A DNA stretch of 64,000 nt from a virus (IMGVR_UViG_3300008267_000092:24022-88021), one strand, 5' to 3'; shown: positions 20,529-30,467, numbered from the stretch's first letter. A program made the numbers and translations. Notes: a model not told the origin generated them from the letters alone.

Positions 20529-21998
20529 TTATATAAAAGGGTTAGATAAATAATCCGAAATGAGATCTTCTACACTTGTTGTAGTTGAAATTTCAGATAT
20601 TTTACTATACCAGTCAAAATAACTATGATTACCATAGTCTTCCTCATCAAATAATACACCTTTTAATTTTGAAAAATGGCAAGTATTCTCTTGTCTAGTT
20701 AAAATATAGTTGACCAGTCTATCATATATTGAGTATCTGTAAGATATATTATTTCTATTACAGTAATCTTTAATAATATACATTAAGCGATTTTGATTCT
20801 CACTACAATTTAATGCATTACCTTCTAGAATATTTTTAGTGTTTATTTTAGCATAATCTACAAGTATTGTACTTAATAATAAAAACATTGAAATTTTAGA
20901 CATATCATATGTTGGAGTATGAATTCTAAATTCAATTGTAGTTTTATTACCAAAAATTAAAGGTATTAAATTATGTATGAAATAACGATGTTTTATATTC
21001 CACTTTTGATTACCACTTGGATCATTTGGGTGATGAGTAACATTATTTAAATCGTTATTAAAATCATAAAATGAAACACCTCCTGACAAATAACTAAATA
21101 AAACATTAAAGTTATAATCAATATTTTTAGAAGTTATTACAGGATCCATTTTTGAAATTAAAGAATATGTAGGATAAGGTTTACTATAATTCTTATTTTT
21201 AATATTAAAATTATATTTTTTATATAACGGAAATAATTCAAAAATGTCGTCTTGTATAAAAGTTGTTAATTTAAAAAATGCTAAAATAAATTCTTTTGTT
21301 CTAGGTACATTTCCAATATGCATATGAAGAGCACAGCTATTATCAAATTCAGTTCTTTCTTTTAGAGCTTTTGTTGTATCAAATAGTGTCTGCACCCCTT
21401 TTACACCTTGTAATGGAATTGTTACATATTCAATACCTGAAATACTACCGTCACGTAAAGGAATTAATCCTAATTTATCTGTAATTCTTTGAGGTATGTA
21501 ACCTTTAATTGTTTCAAATTCAAGTCCAAAAGTGTAATCTTTTAAAGCTTTTCCAACCTCATTAGAGCCATGTAATACTTCAAATTCATATTTTGAGTTA
21601 TATCTCTGAATGTGTGAAATGTGAAAATAAAGACCCGATGATAATTCTTCACGATATTTTTTATTTTGAATTAAAATGTTTTCATTCATCGCAGGTATCA
21701 CGATTCCGTGTTTATTTTCAAAATACATAACGTGATTTGATCTCTGGAACCAACCTATTTTGTCATTTTCAATTAAACCTGAGAGTAAATTTGCATTTTT
21801 AAGAGTGTATTTCTTAAATGTATTACAATATACAATATTACCTTTTTCAACACGGTAATACTTATCATTAATTTTATAACAATCCCCTGAATTTTCAATT
21901 TCAGGATCTCCGATTTTATAATATTTACCTTCAAAAATTCTTGTTTTAGAAATAGGTAGAGACTCACCACTTACAGTTGTTACTATTTTTTCAATCAT
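20529..21998 (-). CDS. GCS2-like carboxylate-amine (COOH-NH2) ligase / amidoligase paralog with ~145 aa N-terminal extension
   Basis: FGLEFET (GvEeEf-like N motif) and ALHMHIGN (GxHxH motif), same motif pair as 23889-24686. Confidence 0.45.
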   Translation of the reverse strand: MIEKIVTTVSGESLPISKTRIFEGKYYKIGDPEIENSGDCYKINDKYYRVEKGNIVYCNTFKKYTLKNANLLSGLIENDKIGWFQRSNHVMYFENKHGIVIPAMNENILIQNKKYREELSSGLYFHISHIQRYNSKYEFEVLHGSNEVGKALKDYTFGLEFETIKGYIPQRITDKLGLIPLRDGSISGIEYVTIPLQGVKGVQTLFDTTKALKERTEFDNSCALHMHIGNVPRTKEFILAFFKLTTFIQDDIFELFPLYKKYNFNIKNKNYSKPYPTYSLISKMDPVITSKNIDYNFNVLFSYLSGGVSFYDFNNDLNNVTHHPNDPSGNQKWNIKHRYFIHNLIPLIFGNKTTIEFRIHTPTYDMSKISMFLLLSTILVDYAKINTKNILEGNALNCSENQNRLMYIIKDYCNRNNISYRYSIYDRLVNYILTRQENTCHFSKLKGVLFDEEDYGNHSYFDWYSKISEISTTTSVEDLISDYLSNPFI

Positions 21999-22005
21999 TG
22001 TTTAA

Positions 22006-23877
22006 TTATATTTTTAAAAAGTTATTCATTTGGTGTAAAGAATCATCAAGAAAATCAATTATATGTCCTGCTACATAATTATCTTTATATTTTTCTAATT
22101 TACTTTTAAGTTTTTGAAAATCTGAAAAACTTTCAGCTAAGTCTTCATCTGCAAGATTTAAAACTAATTCAGAAATTGATTCTTCTTCATCAATTAAAGT
22201 ATTTAATATGTCTTCATCAGAATCAGGTTCTACTACAACTTTCATAAATGAAGGATTATCCCAAGCATCTAATTTTGCTAATTCAGCATCTATAACTTTA
22301 TCAATTTCAGAAACTTCTTCAACAGGAAGTTCTTTTGAAAGATATGTATTTACAGAAGAACTTACAAGATTACCTAAACTTATAACATATTTCTTTTCGG
22401 AACCTAATGGACAAATTTGACCACTAAAAGGTTTTCCATTAAATAATATATTTTGATGTTTCACATCACAAACATCTTTATCTAAATCAATTACAGGGTG
22501 TGTTGATAAGCTTGATAAAGTGTGAAAATCTAAATACTTTCTATTTTTACCTAAATATCTAGTATATGCAATATTATAATCAATCGAAGTTCTTAAATTA
22601 ACACCTTCTACAAAATAAAATAAACTTGGATTTAGGCAGTTTTCACTTTTAAATGGTATAAATTGATTTTTAAGATTTGGATTAACTGCTTCAAACGCAC
22701 CATTAATAAATACTTTATCAATATGAAAATAAAAACGTTCCGTTGCCTCTTTAATATTAGATTCTAAATAATGAAAACCATAACCAGGTATCCATGTATA
22801 AATACCTGTAATAGGTAAACCTTTTTTTAAATATCTTAATTTATTAAAATATACCTTGTTATCATAACTACCAAGTGATTGTAAAGTGGTTTCGTTATAA
22901 ATATTAGAAGTTACAACCTTACTTTCAATAACAGAGTTAGAAGGACTTATAGTTTTTGTAGATTCATTACTTTTGTAACCATAATCGTAGTCCCAATCTT
23001 CATATCCATAATTATGTCCTGAATAGTTTCTTCCTGAATATTGTTTATTATAATTTGTAGAATAATCTTCTTTTTGATACGCTTTTTTACGACTAACTTT
23101 AATTTTTTTAGCGTTTTTAAAATCTCCATCTGTAATAACATATACTGTATTACTGTCTATCGCTTTAATTTTAGTATCATCATCACTAATTGTTTTCAAT
23201 GCTGATTCTAATGAAGACACGTACATACTATTATCATTTTCAAGATATACAAATAATGGACGTTCTTCTACCATTTTTGAATCATTATCTGAAGATAAAC
23301 TTTTTGAAGCACCTTTCCATAAATAACCTACATTGGGTGTATCTGTGTCTGTCCAAAATAAAGCAGCACCTCCAATATATTCACTCAAAACTTTAAAATT
23401 ATTTGAACGATATAATATTTCCAATAATAATTCAGAATCAATTTTAGTTCTAACTGAATCTACAATATTATTTTGATAAGTTGTTAATTTATAATCTGCA
23501 GTTAATTCAACATTGTATTTTTTAGCTAATTCTGTATGATTTGAAAGTGTTCCATTATGACAACCTATAAATTTAAAACCTGAATTAACATTATTTACAT
23601 CAAACCCAAAAGGATGGGCATTATAAGAATTTACCGCACCTACACTTGATTGGCGAGTGTGTCCAATTACAATAGGGTATTCAAAAGGTTTAATATTATT
23701 TTCAACTATAAAATCATAATATAATTTATTTTTATCTAAACCTATATAAATTTCTCCATCATAAGATACACCACAAGAACTTTTACCTCGTTCTACATTA
23801 TATATACCTAATTTGTCAAATTTATCTTTATTAAAATCTTTAGGATCTTTTCCTAAATAACCAAATATTCCACACAT
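22006..23877 (-). CDS. class-II glutamine amidotransferase (Ntn hydrolase) domain protein with Tyr/Asn-rich linker and acidic C-terminal tail
   Basis: N-terminal MCGIFGY (Cys2 nucleophile hallmark of GATase-II/Ntn); no PP-loop SGGxDS so not AsnB/QueC; C-terminal DSDEDILNTLIDEEES. Confidence 0.65.
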   Translation of the reverse strand: MCGIFGYLGKDPKDFNKDKFDKLGIYNVERGKSSCGVSYDGEIYIGLDKNKLYYDFIVENNIKPFEYPIVIGHTRQSSVGAVNSYNAHPFGFDVNNVNSGFKFIGCHNGTLSNHTELAKKYNVELTADYKLTTYQNNIVDSVRTKIDSELLLEILYRSNNFKVLSEYIGGAALFWTDTDTPNVGYLWKGASKSLSSDNDSKMVEERPLFVYLENDNSMYVSSLESALKTISDDDTKIKAIDSNTVYVITDGDFKNAKKIKVSRKKAYQKEDYSTNYNKQYSGRNYSGHNYGYEDWDYDYGYKSNESTKTISPSNSVIESKVVTSNIYNETTLQSLGSYDNKVYFNKLRYLKKGLPITGIYTWIPGYGFHYLESNIKEATERFYFHIDKVFINGAFEAVNPNLKNQFIPFKSENCLNPSLFYFVEGVNLRTSIDYNIAYTRYLGKNRKYLDFHTLSSLSTHPVIDLDKDVCDVKHQNILFNGKPFSGQICPLGSEKKYVISLGNLVSSSVNTYLSKELPVEEVSEIDKVIDAELAKLDAWDNPSFMKVVVEPDSDEDILNTLIDEEESISELVLNLADEDLAESFSDFQKLKSKLEKYKDNYVAGHIIDFLDDSLHQMNNFLKI

Positions 23878-23888
23878 AATTTATTTTT

Positions 23889-24686
23889 TTAATTTGTTAA
23901 AATGTAACTATCTTTTTCAATTTGTCTAAGTAGTAGTTTTGCTAGTTTTCTATCATTGTTATCAATTGCTTCCACTACTTGAGCTGAATATTTATCAATA
24001 TAGTGGGTATGCTTACCGTCTAATACGTGTTCTACAGCTTTTATTGTTTGATCAAATACCCATTTAATCAATGTGTTGTCGTGTATCCAAAAATTAGATA
24101 ATTGACGACATTCTAATCCAAAAAGTTTAGGTCTAAAAGAACCAGCTTTACCATATAGTTCTCTTCTTCGTTCATCGTTATCCAATAATAATGAAGGTAA
24201 TGTTACAAAAATATCAAACATTTTTACAATATTGACAGTTTTTTCAAATTCAGGATCTGGATAACCTATATGAATATGTCCGCCCACACATCTCAAATTA
24301 GTATTTGTATCAGGTTTAGGGTTTATCATTTCCGTATATACGTTGTAATCAGGTTCACAACCAAATAATTGTGCTTGTTCAGATTGCAAATGTATAGGGT
24401 TTATTTCATCTGAAGCTTTTGTAGATAGTTCAAATCCGTGTGAATTTGCAATGACTTCAAGATATTCTTTAACATAATTAATGTTTTCAATATATTCATC
24501 TGCAGTACTACAAGGAGGAATGTTAAATTCAAATGCAATATTATCGGTTTGAATGAAATGACCCTTATCTGTAATTGGATAAGGATCATCTTTAGTTCCA
24601 GGAATTAATCCTACTGCAGATACAATTTCAGTATCATTTTCAATAAATACTTCAGGGTCACTACCTAATTTAATGTCGTATTTCAT
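23889..24686 (-). CDS. GCS2-like carboxylate-amine ligase (amidoligase)
   Basis: KLGSDPEVFIE N-terminal motif and VGGHIHIGYP (GxHxH) typical of glutamate-cysteine-ligase family 2 / phage amidoligases. Confidence 0.5.
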   Translation of the reverse strand: MKYDIKLGSDPEVFIENDTEIVSAVGLIPGTKDDPYPITDKGHFIQTDNIAFEFNIPPCSTADEYIENINYVKEYLEVIANSHGFELSTKASDEINPIHLQSEQAQLFGCEPDYNVYTEMINPKPDTNTNLRCVGGHIHIGYPDPEFEKTVNIVKMFDIFVTLPSLLLDNDERRRELYGKAGSFRPKLFGLECRQLSNFWIHDNTLIKWVFDQTIKAVEHVLDGKHTHYIDKYSAQVVEAIDNNDRKLAKLLLRQIEKDSYILTN

Positions 24687-24705
24687 ATTTTTAATAATGT
24701 TTAAG

Positions 24706-25398
24706 TTATAGTAATTTTGAGTTTAAAAGTTTATCGTTAATTAAATTTAAAGTCATTTTGACTGTAGCATGTTCTTCACTCATCCATTCAGGATGACCTT
24801 GTATTGCCAAAGCTCTTGAATTAGGATACATTACAATTTCAGGTTCTACAAAGTTAGAAGGTAATTGAATTTCTTCATTATCCCCATTCAAATAAGTATC
24901 ACTATTAAAATATGTTGAATGATAAAGAATTTCATAAAATTCACTTTTAAGTTTAAAAGGGTACATCATTTGATGATGATCTCCTGACATTGTATATTCT
25001 TCAGCTCTACCATTAGATTTTGAAATTGTATGTGTGCAATTTCTATGTCCTGTTGTATGTTGGATTAACGCACCACCTTCCATCACTGTTAACAATTGAG
25101 CACCTCTACAAATTCCTAAAAAGGGAACCATTCCTCTAAAGTTAAGATATACAGTTCCTTCAACTAAATCTCGTTGTGTATCACAATTTGTGTATTTACC
25201 CTTTTTTTCTTCATATTTTCGAGGTTCTACATCTGCACCTCCTGTAAAAACGATTAGTGAAGGAGTATTTTCATAATCTACATCTGTTGTAAAATTTAAA
25301 ACTTCAACATCAAACATTACGTTTAGGTAGTTGACACAGGATTTATCTGTGATACCATCCGCAAACATTATTTTTAATTTTTGTTTATTACTTTCCAT
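24706..25398 (-). CDS. class-I glutamine amidotransferase-like / peptidase C26 (gamma-glutamyl hydrolase-like)
   Basis: GICRGAQLL (nucleophile elbow Cys), QGHPE (His-Glu). Confidence 0.65.
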   Translation of the reverse strand: MESNKQKLKIMFADGITDKSCVNYLNVMFDVEVLNFTTDVDYENTPSLIVFTGGADVEPRKYEEKKGKYTNCDTQRDLVEGTVYLNFRGMVPFLGICRGAQLLTVMEGGALIQHTTGHRNCTHTISKSNGRAEEYTMSGDHHQMMYPFKLKSEFYEILYHSTYFNSDTYLNGDNEEIQLPSNFVEPEIVMYPNSRALAIQGHPEWMSEEHATVKMTLNLINDKLLNSKLL

Positions 25399-26290
25399 TT
25401 TTAATTGCTTTTTTAATTATTAATTTTGGTAACATTTCAATATATTTTTGAGCACATATTGAAATATCTTCATTTTCTAAATTACCCATAGAACTTGCAC
25501 TATTACATTCTAAAAGTATGTAATCTTGATATTCTCTAGGTTCACCTTTTTTAGTATAGGGTGTTTGTACTTTAACATCAAATGATAAAATATCAGCACC
25601 TATACTAATCAGAGCGTTTACACAGTCATTAACAATATCATCCCAGCTATTTGGTTTATGGAAAGATTCATTTTCCTCTAAAAACCATACGCAGATATCG
25701 TCATGTCGTCGCCATTTTTCATTTTCAGGAACATTTTCCTTCAATGCTTTTCTACAGGTATAGAAGCAACCATCTTCTGTTACATGCAATCTAAATTCAT
25801 GACCATAGTTTACAAATTTTTCAAAGATATAATTACTAAGATTTTTACCTTCCATCCAAGATTCTAATTCTTCTTGAGATTTAATTAAAGTATTACCTTT
25901 ACCTTTAGAACCATAATGAGCTTTAGCTACAATAGGAAAAGGTAAGTTTTCAATTTCTACACGAGAGCTTTCAATATTTACAAAAAAATTTTGAGCATAT
26001 ATAAACATTTCTGCAGTTTTAACACCTGCTTCAGTAAACTTCTGTTTCATTAGAAGCTTATTTGCAGATATTTTAACTGCTTGAATGGTATTAATTTCAA
26101 TACGATTACCTCCATTATCAATAGTATCTTCTACCTCTGTAGATGATCCAAATCTTATTACCGATTTATATGGTAGCAAATTAAATTTTTTAAATTTAGA
26201 TCTGAATATATCATGACTTGGATGTCTTGATAAAATCATAGGTCTAAATAATGTAAACTTACTTTTACGACGTGTCATTAATTTGTTCAT
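25388..26290 (-). CDS. ATP-grasp ligase (RimK/glutathione synthetase-like)
   Basis: FPIVAKAHYGSKGKGNTLIKSQEEL, EFRLHV, ILLECNSASSMG (Mg-binding E-x-N). Confidence 0.7.
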   Translation of the reverse strand: MNKLMTRRKSKFTLFRPMILSRHPSHDIFRSKFKKFNLLPYKSVIRFGSSTEVEDTIDNGGNRIEINTIQAVKISANKLLMKQKFTEAGVKTAEMFIYAQNFFVNIESSRVEIENLPFPIVAKAHYGSKGKGNTLIKSQEELESWMEGKNLSNYIFEKFVNYGHEFRLHVTEDGCFYTCRKALKENVPENEKWRRHDDICVWFLEENESFHKPNSWDDIVNDCVNALISIGADILSFDVKVQTPYTKKGEPREYQDYILLECNSASSMGNLENEDISICAQKYIEMLPKLIIKKAIKNGK

Positions 26291-26961
26291 TATAAAGTTA
26301 ATAAGTGATTAATTAATTTGATAGCAAATTCATCGTGAATTTCTTCTGGATGATATTGTACAGTGTGTGCAGGGTAATAAGGATAATATGAAAGAGCTTC
26401 AACTTCTCGATCTTTTTCATGTACAGCTAAAACTGTAGCCGTGGTCGGTACTCTATCAACTGTTTGATGATGAATACTATTAATTTTAAATTTTGTAGGT
26501 ATTTCATTTAAAAATTTAAAATCTTCAATTTTTCTATTTATTAATGACACTTCATGTACTAATTTTCCACGATCAGAATCATTTGTTTCGTGATACATAT
26601 CTTGAACGAGTGTACCTCCAAAGTGAACTGCTAGAGATTGATGACCTCTACATATTCCAAATATTGGAATACCATCTAAAATATATTTAGGTAATAATAC
26701 ACGATCAAATCGCTCTCTAAAAGGACACGATTTACCCATATATAATGAAAGTTCATCACTTTCTTTTAAATATCTTGAAGGGTCCACATCTGGTCCTCCA
26801 GGTAATACTAATAAATCTAAATCTTTACGAGTTTCCATTTCATTATGGACAATCATTGTAACATAGCCAAATTGACTAAAAAAGTTTAAGTATGCTTCAG
26901 GTATTCCATATCCTCCAGCTACAGGGTATGCTACAATTCCAATATTTTTTAATGATTTCAT
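26290..26961 (-). CDS. class-I glutamine amidotransferase-like / peptidase C26
   Basis: GICRGHQ nucleophile elbow, QYHPEE His-Glu dyad. Confidence 0.7.
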   Translation of the reverse strand: MKSLKNIGIVAYPVAGGYGIPEAYLNFFSQFGYVTMIVHNEMETRKDLDLLVLPGGPDVDPSRYLKESDELSLYMGKSCPFRERFDRVLLPKYILDGIPIFGICRGHQSLAVHFGGTLVQDMYHETNDSDRGKLVHEVSLINRKIEDFKFLNEIPTKFKINSIHHQTVDRVPTTATVLAVHEKDREVEALSYYPYYPAHTVQYHPEEIHDEFAIKLINHLLTL

Positions 26962-26972
26962 GTTTATTTATT

Positions 26973-27395
26973 TTAATAGGTTAAATGTTTTGTTTCGTGA
27001 TAATCTTTCCAATCTCCAGATTCTACAATCTTTTGTAAATTTAAATTTTCTAATACATCGTTGTATAGATATACATAAATTTCACCATAAGGTGAATCAA
27101 TTTTACGACGATTATAATGATTTGTTGCAGAATTAAAAGAGTAATACCCTTCTAGACAATCTAATTTTTCTAAAGTATTTTCTGTAACTTCATAAACTTC
27201 AACGCTTATAGAAGTGTTACCTTTATTAATAATTGCAGGGTATGATCCTAAATCATACATTGAAAATTCAGGTAACGTTTGAAACGTACCCACTAATTTA
27301 GAATTACCTAATATTTTATGATTTGATAGTCCTTCACGAAGACTACCATACACCCCTACTAATATAGGGGAATTTGTTTGTTTGTTATTGTGCAT
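26973..27395 (-). CDS. gamma-glutamyl cyclotransferase (GGCT/AIG2-like)
   Basis: VGVYGSLREG, VEVYEV, LDCLEGY (catalytic Glu) signature. Confidence 0.75.
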   Translation of the reverse strand: MHNNKQTNSPILVGVYGSLREGLSNHKILGNSKLVGTFQTLPEFSMYDLGSYPAIINKGNTSISVEVYEVTENTLEKLDCLEGYYSFNSATNHYNRRKIDSPYGEIYVYLYNDVLENLNLQKIVESGDWKDYHETKHLTY

Positions 27396-27411
27396 ATTTA
27401 TGTTAATTTAA

Positions 27412-28428
27412 TTAGAATGGTAACATCATTTCCGTTAATAATATTCTAGATGCTTCTTTTATAGATGTGTTTTTAATTAGGTCACTAAAATCTTTAGATT
27501 TATATTTATCATCAATATAAATATCTATTAATCCAAATTCTGTAGCTAACTTGTCACCAAATTGTCTACCCCAATTTATTTCTTTGTCAAAATCGTTATC
27601 ATAAAAAGAATAAATGTCAATAAATCTTTCATTTAATTGTTCAAACACATGTCTTTTTGGTAATACATTTTCACATTGTAAGGCTACAGCAGGTATTTTA
27701 GCATTTTCATAAATAGCCATTACATCTTTTAAAGATTTAGTAATGATTAAATCAGTACCTTTATCAGGTAATTGTGACCACCCTTGCCAAATAGTATTGT
27801 TGTGACTATTTAACCATTTGTATGAACTATTATGTGGTTGATAAATTTTATAAGTTTCAACACTATCCTTATATTCAATAAACACATACGCGTATTTATC
27901 TGCAGTAATTATCTTACCGTTTATAAAGAAATGTGAAATTGGTTGTACATTAAATTTTTCTAATGTGGTTCGAGATATACCAAATTGTTGCCAAAATAAT
28001 ATATCGTGAGTTAACCAATTACGACTTTTTTTCAATAACTCAAATGTTGTAGCATTAGCTAAAAATTCATCACGATTGATACTTTTAATACTATTAGTAG
28101 GAGACTTTACAATTTGTTTAACTATAAAGTCATTTTCCATATCAAAATCAATTGCGATTTTACTTAACGCTTCAAAATAAGTCATATTAAATTTCATTTG
28201 TACAAATTTAATACAATCACCTGAACCTAATACGAAATCTTTAAAACATATTTCACCACTCTGACCTTTAAAGAATCCAAATGAAGGATTTCTTTCATTT
28301 CTTAATGGTGAATAAATCAACCGACCTGGTATAATTTCTTCATCAATATACTTTTGAAATATTTCAATATCTGTTACATATTTTAATAAATCTTGTTTAG
28401 TAATCATTTGTTTATTCAGATTTATCAT
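27412..28428 (-). CDS. DNA primase-like protein (degenerate CHC2 zinc finger + TOPRIM-like region)
   Basis: SPLRNERNPSFGFF...ICFKDFVLGSGDCIKFV resembles DnaG zinc-binding segment (CPFHxExTPSF...CFGCG..GDvIkFv) with Cys/His losses. Confidence 0.45.
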   Translation of the reverse strand: MINLNKQMITKQDLLKYVTDIEIFQKYIDEEIIPGRLIYSPLRNERNPSFGFFKGQSGEICFKDFVLGSGDCIKFVQMKFNMTYFEALSKIAIDFDMENDFIVKQIVKSPTNSIKSINRDEFLANATTFELLKKSRNWLTHDILFWQQFGISRTTLEKFNVQPISHFFINGKIITADKYAYVFIEYKDSVETYKIYQPHNSSYKWLNSHNNTIWQGWSQLPDKGTDLIITKSLKDVMAIYENAKIPAVALQCENVLPKRHVFEQLNERFIDIYSFYDNDFDKEINWGRQFGDKLATEFGLIDIYIDDKYKSKDFSDLIKNTSIKEASRILLTEMMLPF

Positions 28429-28502
28429 AATTTTAAGTGCTATTATTCATATTTACAGTATTTAATTTCTTTTTCTCTAACTTCTTCTTTGTACCGTACC
28501 AA

Positions 28503-28874
28503 TTAATCTTTTAAGTTCTGCTTCTTAACAATTTCAATCAACTTGACCAAACAAGCAAGTTCTGCTTCTTCGTAGGTATAAAAATCACCTTTTGAAATAT
28601 TTGATTGATGTAAACCATTTATATGATATGCAGATATATTTCCACCATAACTATATTCTGTCATTATACAAGAAAATATTTTATACTTCTCTCTAAACCA
28701 TTTAAATGCTTGTGAAAATGTTGGTGCTGAACAATTTAATAATAGTTCTTTTTCTTGTTTACTGTCATGCCAAAAAACAAACTCACCATTCTCATAATAA
28801 CCAAAACAAGGTTCATCAAAACCCAATTCTTTCAACTCCAACGCAATCTCGTAAGGTACAACTTCTTTTTCCAT
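28503..28874 (-). CDS. hypothetical protein
   Basis: 123 aa ORF. Confidence 0.4.
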   Translation of the reverse strand: MEKEVVPYEIALELKELGFDEPCFGYYENGEFVFWHDSKQEKELLLNCSAPTFSQAFKWFREKYKIFSCIMTEYSYGGNISAYHINGLHQSNISKGDFYTYEEAELACLVKLIEIVKKQNLKD

Positions 28875-29027
28875 ATTACTGTTGTTTTATTATTACTTTA
28901 TTTATTGAACTGCAAGTAGGACAAGTTGAATCACCACAGATAGATAAAAGAGTATTTTTATTTGAAATTTTAATCTTCCCTTTATTTTTACAATTTACCA
29001 CTACCATAAACTTCTTTTCTTTATCCA

Positions 29028-29267
29028 TTAGTTCTTTTTACATTTATTACATTCAACATAGTGCATTATAATATAACCATGGTCTCCATTACTCTCTAAG
29101 TAATCATGTCCATCAGAACATTTAATTACTTGCCAACTCCAAGTATCTGCTTTACTATAACTAGGAAATGTTATTTCTTTTGATGGTTCAGATTCAGAAA
29201 TTGTTACTCTTTTTTCTACACAACTTACTATAGTTAGTAACATTGTAAACATTAAAATTTTTTTCAC
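29028..29267 (-). CDS. small lipoprotein
   Basis: MKKILMFTMLLTIVSC lipobox-like signal; Cys-rich. Confidence 0.4.
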   Translation of the reverse strand: MKKILMFTMLLTIVSCVEKRVTISESEPSKEITFPSYSKADTWSWQVIKCSDGHDYLESNGDHGYIIMHYVECNKCKKN

Positions 29268-29575
29268 AATCCTTTTTCTTTTTTATAGATTTCTAATAGT
29301 TCTTTTGATGTGTATTCATCAAATATAATATCTTCATTATATCTAATTACTAACCATTCTGCAAATTTAATGGCAAAATTATCGCATATTTCTATACAAT
29401 CATTTGTGTCAAATTTTAAAAAATGAGGTTTAGAATTTTTTAATACTTTTTCAAACTTAATTATAGGAGCGTGTAGGCTGGCATCTACAAGCACCGAAAC
29501 GTTAGGCGTAATTTTTACCACACCTACTACATTTTGAAACTTTTGGCATTCTGCCATCATTAGGTATAAATCCAA
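29264..29575 (-). CDS. hypothetical protein
   Basis: 103 aa ORF. Confidence 0.35.
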   Translation of the reverse strand: MDLYLMMAECQKFQNVVGVVKITPNVSVLVDASLHAPIIKFEKVLKNSKPHFLKFDTNDCIEICDNFAIKFAEWLVIRYNEDIIFDEYTSKELLEIYKKEKGL

Positions 29576-29702
29576 ATTCGTCTATACAATCTTGCATTTT
29601 ACAAGTGAATTGATGCCAACCTATTTTGCAAAGTAATCTACCAATAAAACTACGCCTAACATCAGGTTGCTTCAATGGCTTGGTTACGTTTTCTTTTGAC
29701 AT
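29502..29702 (-). CDS. small zinc-ribbon protein
   Basis: C-x-W-H...CSRCGKNY. Confidence 0.3.
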   Translation of the reverse strand: MSKENVTKPLKQPDVRRSFIGRLLCKIGWHQFTCKMQDCIDEFGFIPNDGRMPKVSKCSRCGKNYA

Positions 29703-29778
29703 ATTTTCGTTTATTTAAAGTTTTTAATTCTAATTAAGTTTATCGGTTAAAGTCGCCACTAAAGCAACCTGCGTACCG

Positions 29779-30015
29779 TTATAAGATAGCCACACAATCA
29801 CGTAGATAATGAGAATTGCAATTATTTACACCTTCTAATTCTGAAATACAATACCCTTTTTCGTCTGAAAAATAAGCAGACAACTGACCATCGTCAAAAG
29901 ATAAAAAACCTATTTTCCCATCAGGCATTTTTAACTTTGTTGTTTCAAAAAATATTTCAATTCCGTTTTTATCTAATTCTTTTGTTGATATTCCATACAT
30001 AATTGATTTTCTCAT
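29779..30015 (-). CDS. hypothetical protein
   Basis: 78 aa ORF. Confidence 0.35.
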   Translation of the reverse strand: MRKSIMYGISTKELDKNGIEIFFETTKLKMPDGKIGFLSFDDGQLSAYFSDEKGYCISELEGVNNCNSHYLRDCVAIL

Positions 30016-30142
30016 AATAATTCTAATTTAAAGCCATCATATAACAAGTGTTTGCCATCAGTGGCAGGCTTGGGTTTTATTTAATTTTAATTCGGAAATA
30101 TCTAAACTTCCTTTGTATTTGTTGACTTTGTTGTTTTATTTT

Positions 30143-30166
30143 GTCCCCGACATCAATGTCGGGGAC
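30143..30166. terminator. GC-rich perfect hairpin GTCCCCGACAT-caa-TGTCGGGGAC
   Basis: 11-bp perfect stem in AT-rich intergenic region just downstream of 30183..30467 gene. Confidence 0.5.
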
Positions 30167-30182
30167 ATTTAAGTTGTAAATA

Positions 30183-30467
30183 TTACATCATTTTCTCAAT
30201 TATAGCTTCTATTCTGCCTTTCATTCCGTGACCTGTAACTTTAAGTACTTCGTGAACTTTCCAAAGTTCGTCTATAATTTCGTTTCTAATTTTATTAATT
30301 TCATGCAAATTTTCAGTTGCTAATGCTTCTGAAAGGTTCTCAATTTTTTTAGTTTCTGTTTTCATATTAGTTTTTGTTTCGTGAATTTCTCCGTTTTTTA
30401 TGTAGTACTTAGGAATATTGTGAGTTGGTATCAATCTTCCTTGCCATTTTTTAGGGAATATACACAT
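30183..30467 (-). CDS. hypothetical protein
   Basis: 94 aa ORF. Confidence 0.4.
   Translation of the reverse strand: MCIFPKKWQGRLIPTHNIPKYYIKNGEIHETKTNMKTETKKIENLSEALATENLHEINKIRNEIIDELWKVHEVLKVTGHGMKGRIEAIIEKMM

Noticed and set aside
15166-24589. Short ORFs antisense to or overlapping annotated genes (15166-15384+, 16131-16316+, 21773-21970-, 22208-22420+, 22947-23141-, 23190-23396+, 24401-24589-)
   Set aside because: All lie within or opposite longer ORFs that have recognisable motifs, and they are typical AT-rich spurious ORFs.
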